Assembly: GCA_965644295.1 (NCBI GenBank)
Contig: CBFFRP010000464.1
Coordinates: 1 to 45,154 of the forward strand
Reading direction: 5' to 3'
Length of the DNA: 45,154 nucleotides
DNA from: Paraphysomonas bandaiensis
Lineage: Eukaryota > Protista > Chrysophyceae
Shown here: positions 22,129 to 35,519 of the stretch, piece by piece
How positions within the stretch are numbered: the stretch's first letter is position 1
Layout: the number at the start of each line of letters is the position of its first letter
Notes under the pieces: model-generated
Told to the model about the DNA's origin: nothing
The model's input: only the letters and a program-made list of their open reading frames with translations
Databases searched by the model: none
Made by a program: the position numbers and the translations under genes

Positions 22129-23619
22129 TTGATTGTAGTGCATATTATGATGAATACTCATGCGAGTATTATTGACCACAATCAGAAAGTTCACGAAGAT
22201 GGCATTTCAGTTCTGTCTTACAACATTCTGTTACCCAATTCAATGGACGGATGGTGGGTATACAAAATGTACAGTCATCGACACGGTATTAGCATCGAGC
22301 AAACGGAATGGGAATGCAGACGTTCTCTTTTAGCGCGCGACATTGGAGCTGCTGACTGTGACATCGTGTGTCTTCAAGAAGTCTGCGCGGACAGCTTTGA
22401 CACCGACTTTTCATTCATGGAAGACCTTGGATATGATAGTTCTGAATTATATAGAAAAGGGAGATTTCGACCTGCAACTTTTTGGAAAAGTAATAGAGTA
22501 TGTGCCACCTCGGCCGCTATTCATCGGGATAGGTGTCTTATTTTGGCTTTTCAGAGTATTAGTTGTCCTACTTCTCATGCTGAGGGCGATATCGTATTCC
22601 CTCTATATGTAGTGAACTGCCACCTACAGGCAGGGGTTCATACAGCTGACCGAAGACTGCGACAAGTTCATGACTGTCTTGACACAGTGCGCAAGGATGC
22701 AGTCAGAGTAATAACAGCGTGTTTGTCTAAAAAACGGAAAAAGGGTTCTACGAAATTGTCTCCAGAGGCGCAGGCCGAGGCACTTCAGCGAGTTCCAGTA
22801 GTCCTTGTAGGAGATACGAATTGTGATCCCTCTGATGACTCTGGTGCCCACGCGTTATTACTATACGGCAAGGCTAGTGTTAGTGGTAAAATAGACGACG
22901 AATCCACTCCTACCCCACCTATTAAATCGCATGTATTTGGACCTTTTCAGGATGCCTATGCTTCTGTTTATTGCTCTATTGGGACCGATCCCCCTCCAAC
23001 TATGATATGCGAAGAACTTTATGGTGTTCTTACAGTTTCTTGTGATCGAGTGGCTCCTCAAGACTCGGTGAATGAAGTCGAGACGGATACCGAGGAAGTA
23101 TTGTCCCCACTCGCCCTCCAATTGATCAGAAAAATGTTTGATCTCTTTTCGTCCTCGGAAGGTGTAATGACGGCCCAAGATGTACATAACTGGTTAGTTC
23201 GCATCAACGGTAGGGTGGATAGGGGGTCGGAGATGAGGGCTGCAGCCACGAGGATGCAGGTTAATGGAGATGTGAGTATCGAGGGTCCAAGTTCTGATGA
23301 AAGTACTGTCTGTTTACCAGAACACGGTGTGCTGACATGGGATGGGTTTGTTGCTGTCTATCAACAGCTAATTCATGAAGGAAAGGTGTGGAGTGTGTCG
23401 TATGACTTGGCCGTGTGTGGTTTTCCGCTTCCTGTTGGGACCCGGGTGTATGCAGCCCGTTACGACAGGATATACGTTAGCCCAGCAGTACGCCTCAAGG
23501 CTGTCAGAGATCTGGGAGTGGGTAGTGTGGAGGATGGATGCCTTGGCGTAGGGGGTTGTCTGCCTAATGCAGAACATCCTAGTGACCATTTACCTATAGC
23601 TGCCGTTGTGAGTTACTAA
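22129..23619 (+). CDS. Endonuclease/exonuclease/phosphatase (CCR4/nocturnin/angel-like); exact start uncertain
   Basis: SYNIL, DIVCLQEV, NCHL, GDTN, YDRIY and PSDHLP motifs. Confidence 0.9.
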   Translation: MIVVHIMMNTHASIIDHNQKVHEDGISVLSYNILLPNSMDGWWVYKMYSHRHGISIEQTEWECRRSLLARDIGAADCDIVCLQEVCADSFDTDFSFMEDLGYDSSELYRKGRFRPATFWKSNRVCATSAAIHRDRCLILAFQSISCPTSHAEGDIVFPLYVVNCHLQAGVHTADRRLRQVHDCLDTVRKDAVRVITACLSKKRKKGSTKLSPEAQAEALQRVPVVLVGDTNCDPSDDSGAHALLLYGKASVSGKIDDESTPTPPIKSHVFGPFQDAYASVYCSIGTDPPPTMICEELYGVLTVSCDRVAPQDSVNEVETDTEEVLSPLALQLIRKMFDLFSSSEGVMTAQDVHNWLVRINGRVDRGSEMRAAATRMQVNGDVSIEGPSSDESTVCLPEHGVLTWDGFVAVYQQLIHEGKVWSVSYDLAVCGFPLPVGTRVYAARYDRIYVSPAVRLKAVRDLGVGSVEDGCLGVGGCLPNAEHPSDHLPIAAVVSY

Positions 23620-24089
23620 TGACTAATATATTATGTTTTTTTTACCATGGAGCTGATAAACATATATAGTAATAATAATTCCTGTAGCATCATATTAGAG
23701 CTCTATAAAAATCATATTGCCTTGAGTTACTATAGTTAGCAGTAGATATACAATAAAATAATCCACATATAACTAACGTGAATGCCACATATGATAAACA
23801 AATATGAGAACTCCTTAAGTTCCATAGATAATAACATTGAGCTTATTAACGCCAAGTAAGTCGTGGAAATTTACATAATTTCAGTGACAGCGCATCTTGC
23901 ATCGATACAAACAAAGATGAGATTTACACGCAGTCAATTCATGCGGTCGAATAGCAGTGAGTAGTGAAGGACTATGTGATGTACACCGACACAATTGCTG
24001 CGAATAGTCTTATCATATCAGCTAATGGGATGCTATGAAGCATAAAAGAGAGTAATTTACTTGGACTTACAATTTAGTATATACGAACA

Positions 24090-24400
24090 ATGACTGGCCA
24101 TGATAAAGGTGGAAAGGATTGGGAAGGGTGTTGCTAAGCGCCATCGTAAGGTGTTGAGAGATAACATTCAGGGTCTAACTAAGGCCGCTATTAGTCGTCT
24201 TGCTCGCAGAGGTGGTGTCAAGCGCATCTGCGGACTCATCTACGAGGAGGTCCGTGGAGTACTTATGGTATTCCTTGAGAACGTTATCAGAGATGCTGTC
24301 ACTCAGAGATGCTCAGAGAAAGACTGTGACTGCCATGGATGTCGTCTATGCCCTCAAGAGACAAGGATGCACTCTCTATAGTTTTGGTGCCTCTAGTTGA
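24090..24400 (+). pseudogene. H4: Histone H4 pseudogene
   Basis: [36 protein letters not shown] and [17 protein letters not shown] lie in different frames. There is an N-terminal frameshift, loss of YTEH and several substitutions in invariant residues. Confidence 0.92.
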
Positions 24401-25196
24401 CAACAGATACTATTATCACATTTATTGGGCTGCAACATACCTCTTTATAATTCTTGTACTAATAAGTAACATTACTAACTTCGAATACTAGGGCACGAAT
24501 ATTAACAAATAAAGACTGTACAGCGTTAACCAAATTATTAATACTCCAGTTCAGTTAAAGTGACTGTGATTGCAGTCACCTGGGAGAGGAAAATCAGCCA
24601 ACTTGAGAAATACAGCACCTGAAATGAGGATGAAAATATCAAGAGATCCAGATAATGACTGCTGCTGATCTCTTCGAATGAGATAAGCAGGTGTGGGTTA
24701 AAGCATGAGGTTTCATGTGATAGTGTCTCTGTCATGAGACATACAGCAGGGACTGCATAGGCAGGCAGGGTATGGAGTGGCCCATAGATACACACTTCTT
24801 CTTGAAGAAGACACAGTTTTGTCCAATAAGAAATGTGTATATCAATTATCGAGTATTGGATTCGTCAAATGAATTCGGTGTGCAAGTTCTACAGAAGTAT
24901 ACACTCCACTGCTGTATATGCATGTCCTGCCTGTGTATACATACATACATAGCTGCCAGGTGTATGTATATGGTATGAGATATAGTCATAGTAAGCTACA
25001 TTACATGAGAGCAGAGACAGTCAACAGATCATTGTGAAGTGTGGAGTAGAATCCTTATCATGTTACAGTATATGCTACCAGGTATACGAGCCCCCCTCAT
25101 ATACATACATACACGCACATATCCCCTGCATGAGTTATACATGTATGAGTGTGAGGTATATGAGGTGACGTGTCGTAATAAGCAGGTCGTTACTTC

Positions 25197-26632
25197 TTGC
25201 CACCTCATGTAAATCAATCTGAACTCATGCAAGGTAAGAGCAGCAACATGCTATCGCTGAATTGTGTGAGTGTACCTCAGCTGCGGTGTTTTCTGTTCAT
25301 GGGTCATCGTCCGTATTATCTGTTAAGTCTGTCGGACGCCCGATTCCTCAGTCTGATCAAGCTCTTGTTAAAGTTTCCGCTACATGTATCAATCCTATAG
25401 GTAAACTACAGTCATCGTTGCAGACACTGCGTTACCTCTTCTGCAGATATCAAGTTACGAAAGCATAACATATCTTCCGTTATCTTGCCCAAGCCCAAGA
25501 TACCTGGCACTGACATTGCAGGCACCATTGTCACCGCCCCTGCAGGAAGTGGGTTTTCTCCTGGCGACAAAGTTATGGCGATGATGCCAATGCTATTCTG
25601 GACTTTTGGTGGGTGCGCAGAATACGCAGCAGTGCCAGTGAAACTGCTTTGCCACGTCCCCTCCAGCCTCCCACTCTCACAGGCTGCCGCACTACCATTG
25701 GTCTCTACTACGGTTGTGACAGGGTTTTCGTATGTGCTCGACTCTCTGGGAGGAAAGAACACTCTCGAAGGAAAGAAAATTCTCGTTCAGGCAGGTTCAG
25801 GGGGAGTCGGCTCTATTGCTATTCAATGGGCAAAACACGGTATGTGGGTTAGAGTATTCACGTTGCTATTTTCAAACTAAGGAAGCTAGTTCTTGCACTG
25901 CGTGCATGTCTTGTATCACATTGTCATGCCACTGTAGCCACTCCTGTGTGAACGCAATGTGTGCAGTGTTAGGCGCAGAGGTAGTAGCCACTACCTGTAG
26001 TGCTTCAAAAGCGGATATGGTGCGATCTCTGGGAGCTGACGTGGTAATAGACTACAAGACTCAGCGGTTTGAAGACATTATTGAAGATTATGATGTTGTT
26101 TTCGATACACTAGGTGAGTGTTACATTGTCTAGCTCGTTATATTAATGCCAACTCCTTGATAATGTTGAATAGCATATGAATATATGAATCGCACCCTCT
26201 GTTCATCGAGTAAAGTACTTCGTCGAGATGGCAAAGGACACTATGTGCATATTGGTAAAGATTGTTGGTCACTTAGGAGAAGATGCTAATCTATGGGTAG
26301 GTGGAAGCAGCCCCAATGTTAACCCTGGGGACAGAGATGCAGACTGGCTGGGTCTATCAGTTCCCGAAGCACGAATAGATAAGCTAGCCTCGCATTATAC
26401 TCGACAGAGCCTCTCTTATCTGCATAAACTTTGGGGAAGTTCGGCGCCACAGTATCACGTCGTATTCGTGCGCCCAGATGGGGGGAAATTGCGACAAATG
26501 AGTGACGCTATAGGAGAAGGTAAGGTGCGACCGATCGTGGACAAGGAGTTCCCTCTATCTGAAATTGCTGCCGCACATGACTACGTGGAAACAGGACATA
26601 CCACTGGAAAGGTTGTCGTTAATATTGCGTGA
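25197..26632 (+). CDS. MDR-family NAD(P)H:quinone oxidoreductase (RTN4IP1-like), multi-exon; start uncertain
   Basis: VKVSATCINPI, IPGTDIAG, GGCAEY, AAALPLV, AGSGGVGSIAIQ, LGADVVIDY and GHTTGKVVV across GT-AG exons. Confidence 0.88.
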
Positions 26633-27399
26633 GAGAGGATGTAAATATACATGTAGTAGCTTTTAAGACAGGAATTACTTTTATTTGTGTGAACCCACAA
26701 AATGTTATGTTAAGCGTCTTGAGCTCAATTAGTCGTTCGAAGATCAACTTGTTATCAAAATATTCTTACAGTTCCAAGCAAACAACGTTTAATATTAAGA
26801 AGGAAAAGGAGTGCCCTGATTAACATTATGAAAATAAATGAAAACTCATATTGCTTCTAATCAATTGTATTGTATGAAAACTATGCTTAAGAACAAGCAC
26901 CTAGATCTACTCAAAACCATAAACCCCGAAATATCTATAATAGCTACAACAAATGTACTCCGACCACAGAGGGTACTGAGGGACTATGAACTGGGAGATG
27001 TTGAAATTCGTAAATAGTAGTGAATGTCTTTTTATTACCAATAGACAGAACTAATATATGCGAAACAATTAAAATACTATTTCAAATCAATGGTGTCTAC
27101 GTGTCTACAGAAGGGTTAGGGAATTGGGAATTGCACAAGATTAATTAATAGAAATAAATCAATAAATCCCCAAATTTCAATAATAGCTACAAGTAATGTA
27201 TCTAAACACTTATTTAGACAAATTGGGGATACAATTCTATTAATGGCCACTTTAAAATTGTGAAATTCTCACACTAACACACTAAAGTTTTAAACTGAAT
27301 ATTGATATTTAAATAAGATTGAACAGCAAATAGGGCACACTATTATAAAGCATCGACAATAAAACAATTAAAATATAAGCTAAACTGGGTTTGCAACTC

Positions 27400-30300
27400 C
27401 TTAATTCTTTGGAACAGGGAATCTCTGTGCTTTATTGGCAAGCCACTCTTTGCATGATATGATTCCAAAGGGCACAACGTCAAAAAACTTTTCTTCAGCC
27501 TGGAATACAAATGTGGCAAAACTTACAATTCTGTAACACATGCCACAACCCACTAACCTCATCTAGTGTTTTAAGCAATCGTTGGTCTAGTCGTTTCGAA
27601 GCTCCATGCAGAAATAGCAATATATCGTGTGTGGGCATATTTTCTAACTCAATTTCTTCCGAGTCATTCGTGAGAAATGAACGAACTTCATCAAATAAAT
27701 TCAATATCTACAACATCCATTAGTGTTCACATTGTCAGAGCATGTGACTTTTACCAGTGCATCCGGGCCAGACCTTCTCTTCGACCTCCCTTGATTGTCA
27801 GGGTTGTAGTTACGTCGCAATTGCGTAGGTATCTTATCCAACGCATAGCGAAAAAAGAAGTCATCAACTCCACCATCCGGAATTTCCAACAGCCCTCTCT
27901 ACATGGTTTAGACAAGCATTGCAATTATAATTAAAGCTATGATATGTACATGTATAATACGCACTTGGTAGTTCATATACATTTTCTTCATCTCGATTCG
28001 AAACAAAACCAAAACAGCAACCAGTGACCACAAGTGAACGGCATCATTAAAATCTACGTGGCGACATGAGCAAAACATATGTATGTATAGAGGACATACA
28101 TGGCGCGTATTCCTCAGAGCTGTACTTGTTCATAATGGCAATGCGATCAGCTGTGGTCACCTAAACACAAAACACAAATTACAATACCTAAAACCTGCAC
28201 CATATTGTATAAACCTGAAGAGCATCCCATACAGCCATCTGCTTCTCAAGCATCTGTTGTGCATCTTCCGTTTTTGCTGGTGCAACAAACACATCAGGTG
28301 TGGGTTACACACATAAGCATGCCATACTTGGTCCTTTCTTTAACTTTCCAAGCCTTCCCTTTTGAAGGAAGCTTTGTCTAGGGCCAGTGCCTGGCGAAAA
28401 TTTACTTCCACGCCCTTTCCCAGGTGTTCTAAGTTTATGTGTAATTAGAAGTTGACCACAACTAGTGCTAAACAGCGCACTTACCCCGTAAGGGGATCTT
28501 CATCTTCAGAGGAGGTGTCATCATCGTCTGACTCTAGTTCGGAAACAGAGGCACGAGATTCTATGGCACTCACTGAGGCACTTCGGTCGTCTACTGCCAC
28601 ACTACTAGCATCATCATCTGCGAAAACATTCCTGAAGCCCTCCTGATATGGTGTTAGATACCATTTCTGCCAGAGTAATACAACACAGCAGTAGCCATAC
28701 CGGACCACGCCTCTTTTTCGCAGGGGTAAGAGTAGTCCCTGGAACAGCCACCTTGGCTGTCTGTGATCGCACTGCTTTCAGTCCCACATTCGAAACAATC
28801 TTCTTTCTGTCATCATACGTCATATTCTCAGACAAATTTACCCAACAACACTCACCCTTTATCACTGTCGTAATTCGGGCCGACACTCATTTCAACCTGT
28901 CATCAATATATCATGACCCAAATAGCGACGGAACGCGTAACATACCTTCGTCTGAGCCACTTTAGGTCGAGATGCCATCATTTTATTCACCTGATCAATG
29001 GAATGTTTTTTCTTTGTTCGAACCGCAACAAAGGCGTCGACGTGGGGCTGCATACTCGCCATGATCTTTTGAGACGCCGGGTCGGACTAGTGAAAAGTGA
29101 TTACTCATGAAGGTACGAATACATACAGGCATGGGCAATCGTTGAGATTGTGTATACTCGTACCAGCGCCCCTAAGAATGTGTTTTCTGCAGATGGCTTC
29201 TTTGAAAGCCCGAAGGAACGTCTGCGTCTCGATCCCTACGAGATGAGAATGTGATTGTGACGTACAAACATGCTTCCCACATACCTTGTCTTTATTCTGT
29301 GGTGTGGTCGACTTTGTGCCCCCAGTCCCAGTCTTAACTTGTACCGGTGGGAGCGGCGCGCCATCACCTCGGGGTGACTTGTTGCTTTTGGATCCAGTAC
29401 TGAACCATCACTAATAAACGCAAACGCACGCTAATTTCATAAACTTACTTGTCTCCTTCGCTAGTGCCATTTGTCTGTAAGTTGGATTTGGCAGCTTCTT
29501 CTTCCGCTGTACGACGCAACATACGTCATTGCAGTGTGAAGCTATGAACGGAAACCTACCTTCTTTGGCGTACTGATAGAAAAGCTCTTGGAATTCAACA
29601 AAAGATATTATTGGCTGCTCTGCATTGAATCCAGCCGTACGTGGTCGCTCGTCATTCTACCAGAGAGATATCAGTCACTACAGAAATATGTCTTACACTA
29701 TACCGATAGCTCCGGGATATTCTTCCATAGGGGGCTGTCAGGCCGATGCATAGGAGTAGACATGGGGTTATCTGGTGCAGTGAGTGCACTATCGATTTGA
29801 TCTTTTTGTAGTCGCATTATCATCCAATCAGACGACTGAGAGTAGAAAACAATCAAACCTTATTAAATATAGCATCGACAGTACTTACGCATCCCTCCAC
29901 AAATCCATCCATGCCTAGCCCCGCTTCAACAGCAGTGCCAGTGCCAGGACGATTGTGGCGACCAGTAACTGTCACCTTAGGTGTACTCGTCTGCATCGCC
30001 TGTTGCATTCGGTTACGTGAGTTTTGGCGAGACATAGATGTCTCCTTCGTGGTGGGCTTTAATGGAGAGTCCGAAGTGTTATGTCGAGATAACCTATTTA
30101 AATATCACATATGGTAGACAAAAGGCACTGACGAGACAACTACAAAAAATACACTTCTATTCTATGCTTCTATTACATAAAGCAGAATTACCTTCCTGGA
30201 CCAGACCTAGTGTCAGATGATACGGAAATGCTAACCGAATCACTTCTCTGTGTAGTAGTTTGATTAGGAATAGAAGGAGCTGTAAGAAGTGCCTGTAGTG

Positions 30301-31340
30301 GTTTCTTCTTCTCTGCTACGCGCTCAAACTGTCTGGGGTTCAGTGCTTGCCTGACTTTGGACGAGGATGATGTGGTTGGACGCGAGACTGGTGCGTACTG
30401 ATATATACAGAAGCGAAACGAGTAACACATATTGAATATTGGACCGAGATAGATAGATTTACCGATGCTGCTCTAAGTCTTTTGGAGTCCTCTGTACCGG
30501 AGTTATCCCAGTCAACACTTTCCTTCTTCATCTTCTTGAGCACAGGATCCTCAATCTTTTCTGCCCCAACACTGCAACACATATCACTTAGAAAAACTGA
30601 ATTTATGAGTACATACTCTTTATAAACTTTGAGTAAATACATGCAGTGCGCTCTGTGTGCATTTGCAGTGGGGTGGAATACGCCTTTGTTGTCCATGTCC
30701 TTTTTAGCGGCGGTCATCTGGGCTCGCAGACCCGAGCTTAATTCGTACAGAGTTTGTCGGCACTCTATTTTGAACTGACGCTGCTCCTCTGGGTTAAGAG
30801 AGTTAAAATATTCCTGTAGTTTTGGGTTATCGAATCGCCGCTTCTGGGTGTAAGTGGGTGTGCGGTATTTGTGTCGCCATATTCGCTCCTCGTCACCATA
30901 CTCCTCAGTAGTCTTTTCAAGACTTACACCCTTGGCCTTTAGCATATCCACAGCCATCACTCCCTGGTTCAACAAATTCGTCTGTATGGCATACACAGCA
31001 TCAGTAATCATCTCATGTATCAGTAATCAGCAGTCATACCTGTGACAGATTGTTCCCGCGTCGTGTATTCAGTCTCTTCTGCACTTTTTCTTTCTCTCGA
31101 GTAGCATCCATGTCCTTTCTATCCACAGGATCTAAATCAAACAATGTCCGAGTATCCAGAATAGAGCTGATTGATCTTATTCCAGTTTCAATCTGTTTAA
31201 TACGCAGATTAGCAACGACCTTCTCTGTGTTCTTAGACATCTTCTTATCGGAGTCACCGCGCACCATCTCCACAGTATATCCTCTCCAGGAACAATGTGC
31301 TGGACTCTGTTACAGAAGCTGATGAGATATGATAACCTGC
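27400..31340 (-). other. Large multi-exon minus-strand gene of unknown function, apparently partly degenerate
   Basis: A chain of minus-strand charged/low-complexity ORF pieces (31273-31034, 31011-30340, 28886-28481, 27889-27495) with GT-AG-like junctions. Stops/frameshifts in the Cys-rich 3' part. Confidence 0.4.
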
Positions 31341-31493
31341 TCGTATATCTATTAATAGTATCGTATGTATGTATATGATGTTCAATTAACGAAACGACAG
31401 ACTGAAATATAACGACACAGTGTTCAGTTTTATTGACTCCCCAAACCCTACATTTTTATAAAAAGACGGATTATAGGGCAATATTTATGTACA

Positions 31494-31862
31494 GTATGTA
31501 TGTATGTATGTATGTATGTATGTATGTATGTATGTATGTATGTATGTATGTATGTATGTATGTATGTATGTATGTATGTAGGTATGTATGTATGTATGTA
31601 TGTATGTATGTATGTATGTATGTATGTATGTATGTATGTATGTATGTATGTATGTATGTATGTATGTATGTATGTATGTATGTATGTATGTATGTATGTA
31701 TGTATGTATGTATGTATGTATGTATGTATGTATGTATGTATGTATGTATGTATGTATGTATGTATGTATGTATGTATGTATGTATGTATGTATGTATGTA
31801 TGTATGTATGTATGTATGTATGTATGTATGTATGTATGTATGTATGTATGTATGTATGTATG
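31494..31862. repeat. (TATG)n microsatellite, ~370 bp
   Basis: Near-perfect array with one gtag variant at ~31580. Confidence 0.98.
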
Positions 31863-31987
31863 TGTGTAATTGTATATCTGGAGATATATAGAGAGGATCT
31901 CGGTGTGTAGCATCATATCAGCAGTCTCATAGATATATTTCCAAGTCTTGAGTACTTTCAGATTCAGTGCTTTATTAGTTGCTGGGG

Positions 31988-33870
31988 ATGTTACAGTGAG
32001 TGGTCTGATATAATCATCTCCTTTACATAATAAATTACAGATCTTTAAAAGCAGCTCGAAGACGTAGTGTGGAAACAGTCCTTGAGACTGTAGGTGTGAG
32101 TGAGAAGGTCGTCGATGAAGAGTTTGAGTTAAGTAAGTGCGTATAATTTATATATGATAGCGCCTAATGGTCTCGTAAGATCATGCCAAGTTTTTGGATA
32201 TGATGGAAGACTTAAACGAGTGCGGAGCCTCTGTGTCTGCGTTATTAACTTCACAAAAAACATATTTTGGAGAAACTGTGAAAATGGTGTGTGATATATG
32301 TGGTGTTGTGTGTGAACTTGATTATGATGTATGTATATAACAGGCACAGTGCTTAGCGAGGATATATAAGAAGAATAGTGATCCCACTCACTGGCCAGGA
32401 TCATTGAATATGTTGTCCTTGGAAGAGACTTCAGTGGCCTATGAGAATGCGCTGCAAGAAGTGTTCTCAAATTACAGGTTTGCTCTCTTCTGAGATGTGC
32501 TCAAAATTTAGCGTTTTTGATAGTTTTGATTTGATGTAGATCTAGTAGTACTAGAAGCTGTGTGGATCTCTCGTTGACCCCAATGCGAAGCGCAGTAACT
32601 GCTATGGGGCCAGAAGTGGACGCGATCATTAAGGAGCGGTCGCAGGTTTTGATTGATTGCAACTCCTACTCTCGAAGACTGAAAGTGCTGAGAAGTAAGT
32701 ATGAGTCTGCGAAAGGCAAGCCGAACGAATCAGACGTAGAGGCCGAGGTGAAAAAGTATGAAGGAAAAGAGTCAAAGACAAAGGAATCGTACGAGAATCT
32801 TAACAACAAGTGCAAACAGGAAATTTTTGCTGCAAAGAAGGCCCACGATAACTTAGTGGACATGCAGCTTATTACCGTTCTCGTGACACAGGTACTCACA
32901 AATATGTTTGCATGATGTTCTGTATTAAGTAACTATACGTTCTGTGCTATTTTCAGGCACGTCTGTTTTCCATGGCTTCTCGCCAGATTGAGGGGCTCCT
33001 TGCTACCCTTCCACAGGACAAAGTAGCGCAAGTACAATCCCATATGGACCAGGTCAGCTAATATGCACATGCTATCATTCCTTCTCATCATAGCTGTGTA
33101 TGAAGTATATAAAGCAAGGAGGGTTCACAGTCAAGCAACAAGAGAAAAATGCTCTTGAGACCGGTATCGATGTCGCTTTGGGCAAGGCATACTTTACTGA
33201 TTTGAAGAGTCCCACTGCTGAAGAGGAAGCAGAGGCGGAAAGAAAGAAGAAAGATGACCTTGCCCGGTTCGTAACTTAGTTTTTTATATTTTTTCTGTAT
33301 CTGTATTAACTATATCTTATACTCTTTGGGGGTGTTACAGCGCGACAGCGATTGCAGAACAGGAACAAGCGCAAAGAGAAGGTCGTCCCCCTCCACCCCC
33401 TCCTCCTTCGTCTGGTCCTAGGTAAGTTCACGATAAAAGAAACACACTGTGGTGATGGTGTTGACATTCTTAATTTCTGCAGCAACCCCCCTCCCCCAAT
33501 ACCTCAATCATCAACACCAATATCGAAGTCTCCTACTTCTGGTTCCACTCCAGCTGCTCCTCCACCACCGCCCCCACCACCCCCACAACCGCCTGCCTCT
33601 AAGAAACAATACGTTATTGCTGTCTATGATCATGAGGTATACCCACACGCCACGCTGTAATGCTTGACGCGAATACATAAGCGATGTGATGTTAACAATT
33701 ACCAACTACTAATAATATTTGCGTAGATTGAAGATGATGACGAGCTTCCGTTCAAAGTTGGCGATAGAATCATGGTTCTGGACTCTAGTGATGAGGGATG
33801 GTGGAAAGGCCAGCACGCTGTCACTGGAGAAATAGGCATTTTCCCTGTCAACTACGTCAAGAGTGAGTAA
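31988..33870 (+). CDS. BAR-domain + proline-rich + SH3 protein (amphiphysin/endophilin-like), multi-exon
   Basis: MLQSLKAARRRSVETVLETVGVSEKVVDEEF (N-BAR-like), helical exon 32562-32890, poly-Pro, and SH3 'AVYDHE|IEDDDELPFKVGDRIMVLDSSDEGWWKG..GIFPVNYV' ending at TAA 33868-33870. Confidence 0.85.
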
Positions 33871-35519
33871 TTATGTTTGGAGTACGTATCGAGTTTTGTT
33901 GATGAGTGGGAATAGTTTCAAAAGCTAGGAGTAATAGTGTGATTGTAGTTTGCTATTCGAGATTATAATAGTAATGATAGAGTTACGGATAGTTTCGAAT
34001 CATAGATATGCAACAAAGTGTGATTACATGTCGTCAGAGTTTTTTCAATACTGTGACGGAGTATTAGCGTGTGCAACCGCAATTTACCCTTATGATTGAG
34101 CGTATTTAGAATGATTGACCACTTTCCCGTAAAATGCCTAAGAGGTAGCTAATATCTGTATTAAAGTACCGTCGATATTCTAACAGCTAATACCTTATAC
34201 TGATACACCGCTGTATATTGAAACGTTACAAAATTTATTTGTGATCAAATTGATAAACAAGTTTAGGTTTTGTCAATAGCCAAAATCTTCTTGTGAACTC
34301 AGGTTTCGGCAACTAAGTTCTGACCTGATGTAAATGTAAATTGCGTCATATACATCAAATTTTCTGTTTCTTATTATTATTTAGTGTTAACACATAATAA
34401 TACCATGTATATCCGTACATTGTACCCTATGGAAGCACTAGTAATTCGGTGGTTAAACACTACCTGCATACGTCAACATCGCGCCGTCATTCTTTGTGTA
34501 AATATAAGTAGGAATAATATAATCTGCAACCACTCCAAGTAAACTAAAAAGGGAGCAAGGAAAATTTATCTGTTGAGAGGAGAAATAAACTTACATTACA
34601 TTTGTTACGCTGCTTGTGACCTTCGTTTCAACCGACGACAAACTGTTCTTTCACATTTGCAGCGAGATTGGTACCGGAGGTTTCTCTTCCACCATCGTGT
34701 GACCGTCGTAATAAATGCGGTCACGTTGGTCGTGCAATATGTAGCTGCATGTTATGTAAAACTGCCTCACATTAATTAGAGTTTAAAATACTAATAATAC
34801 ATCTTGATTATGCAGCTAACCACAGTCTATATGGATGAAAGATATGCTCAGCTAGTAGTCAACAGAAGGAAGCCTTGCTGAGACTTTGAAACATTTACTG
34901 ATACCTAGAAGAAGCGCCTGAGCTTCGTTAGTTTTGCATTGCCAAGAGAACTTTCATGCATGTGTGGGAGCTGAAGAAGTCTGTCAGGAGGATATTGCTT
35001 TGGGACATAGTTTTGTATTTTTCAGTGTGTTGCTTTATATATGTCGCTTTAAGATACTAATTGATTAGAACTTCACCACCTTAAACTAAAAAAACACACT
35101 TCTCATTTCCCTCACCATATTTTGGCAGCAGTGCAGTATATGTATGTATATATGATGTATTCGGTGGTATTCCTATCTAGATATTCTGAAAGGCCCTCTG
35201 TGTGTGTATATGTATGGGGTATGTATGTATGGGGGGTATGTAGTGTAGGTATATATATACATACGTACACAGGAATGAGTTGAGTTCAAAGATTCATGTG
35301 TATGTATATATATATATATATATAGTAGCACACAGAGGCGCTGTTGGTCACTACAGCGCTAGATGAGTATTAATATATCTACCTAGACACCGGATACTAA
35401 TGAAACAAGTCTTGAATTCATTTTCGTTCAGTCGATACAGGTAAACAATCCTGTGTATGCGTATGCGTATGTGTGTGTGTGTATGTATGTATGTGTGTAA
35501 CATGTACGGGTGATGTAGA

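Noticed and set aside
31433-31916. ORFs of MYVC/HTYI repeats
   Set aside because: Artefacts of the (TATG)n microsatellite.
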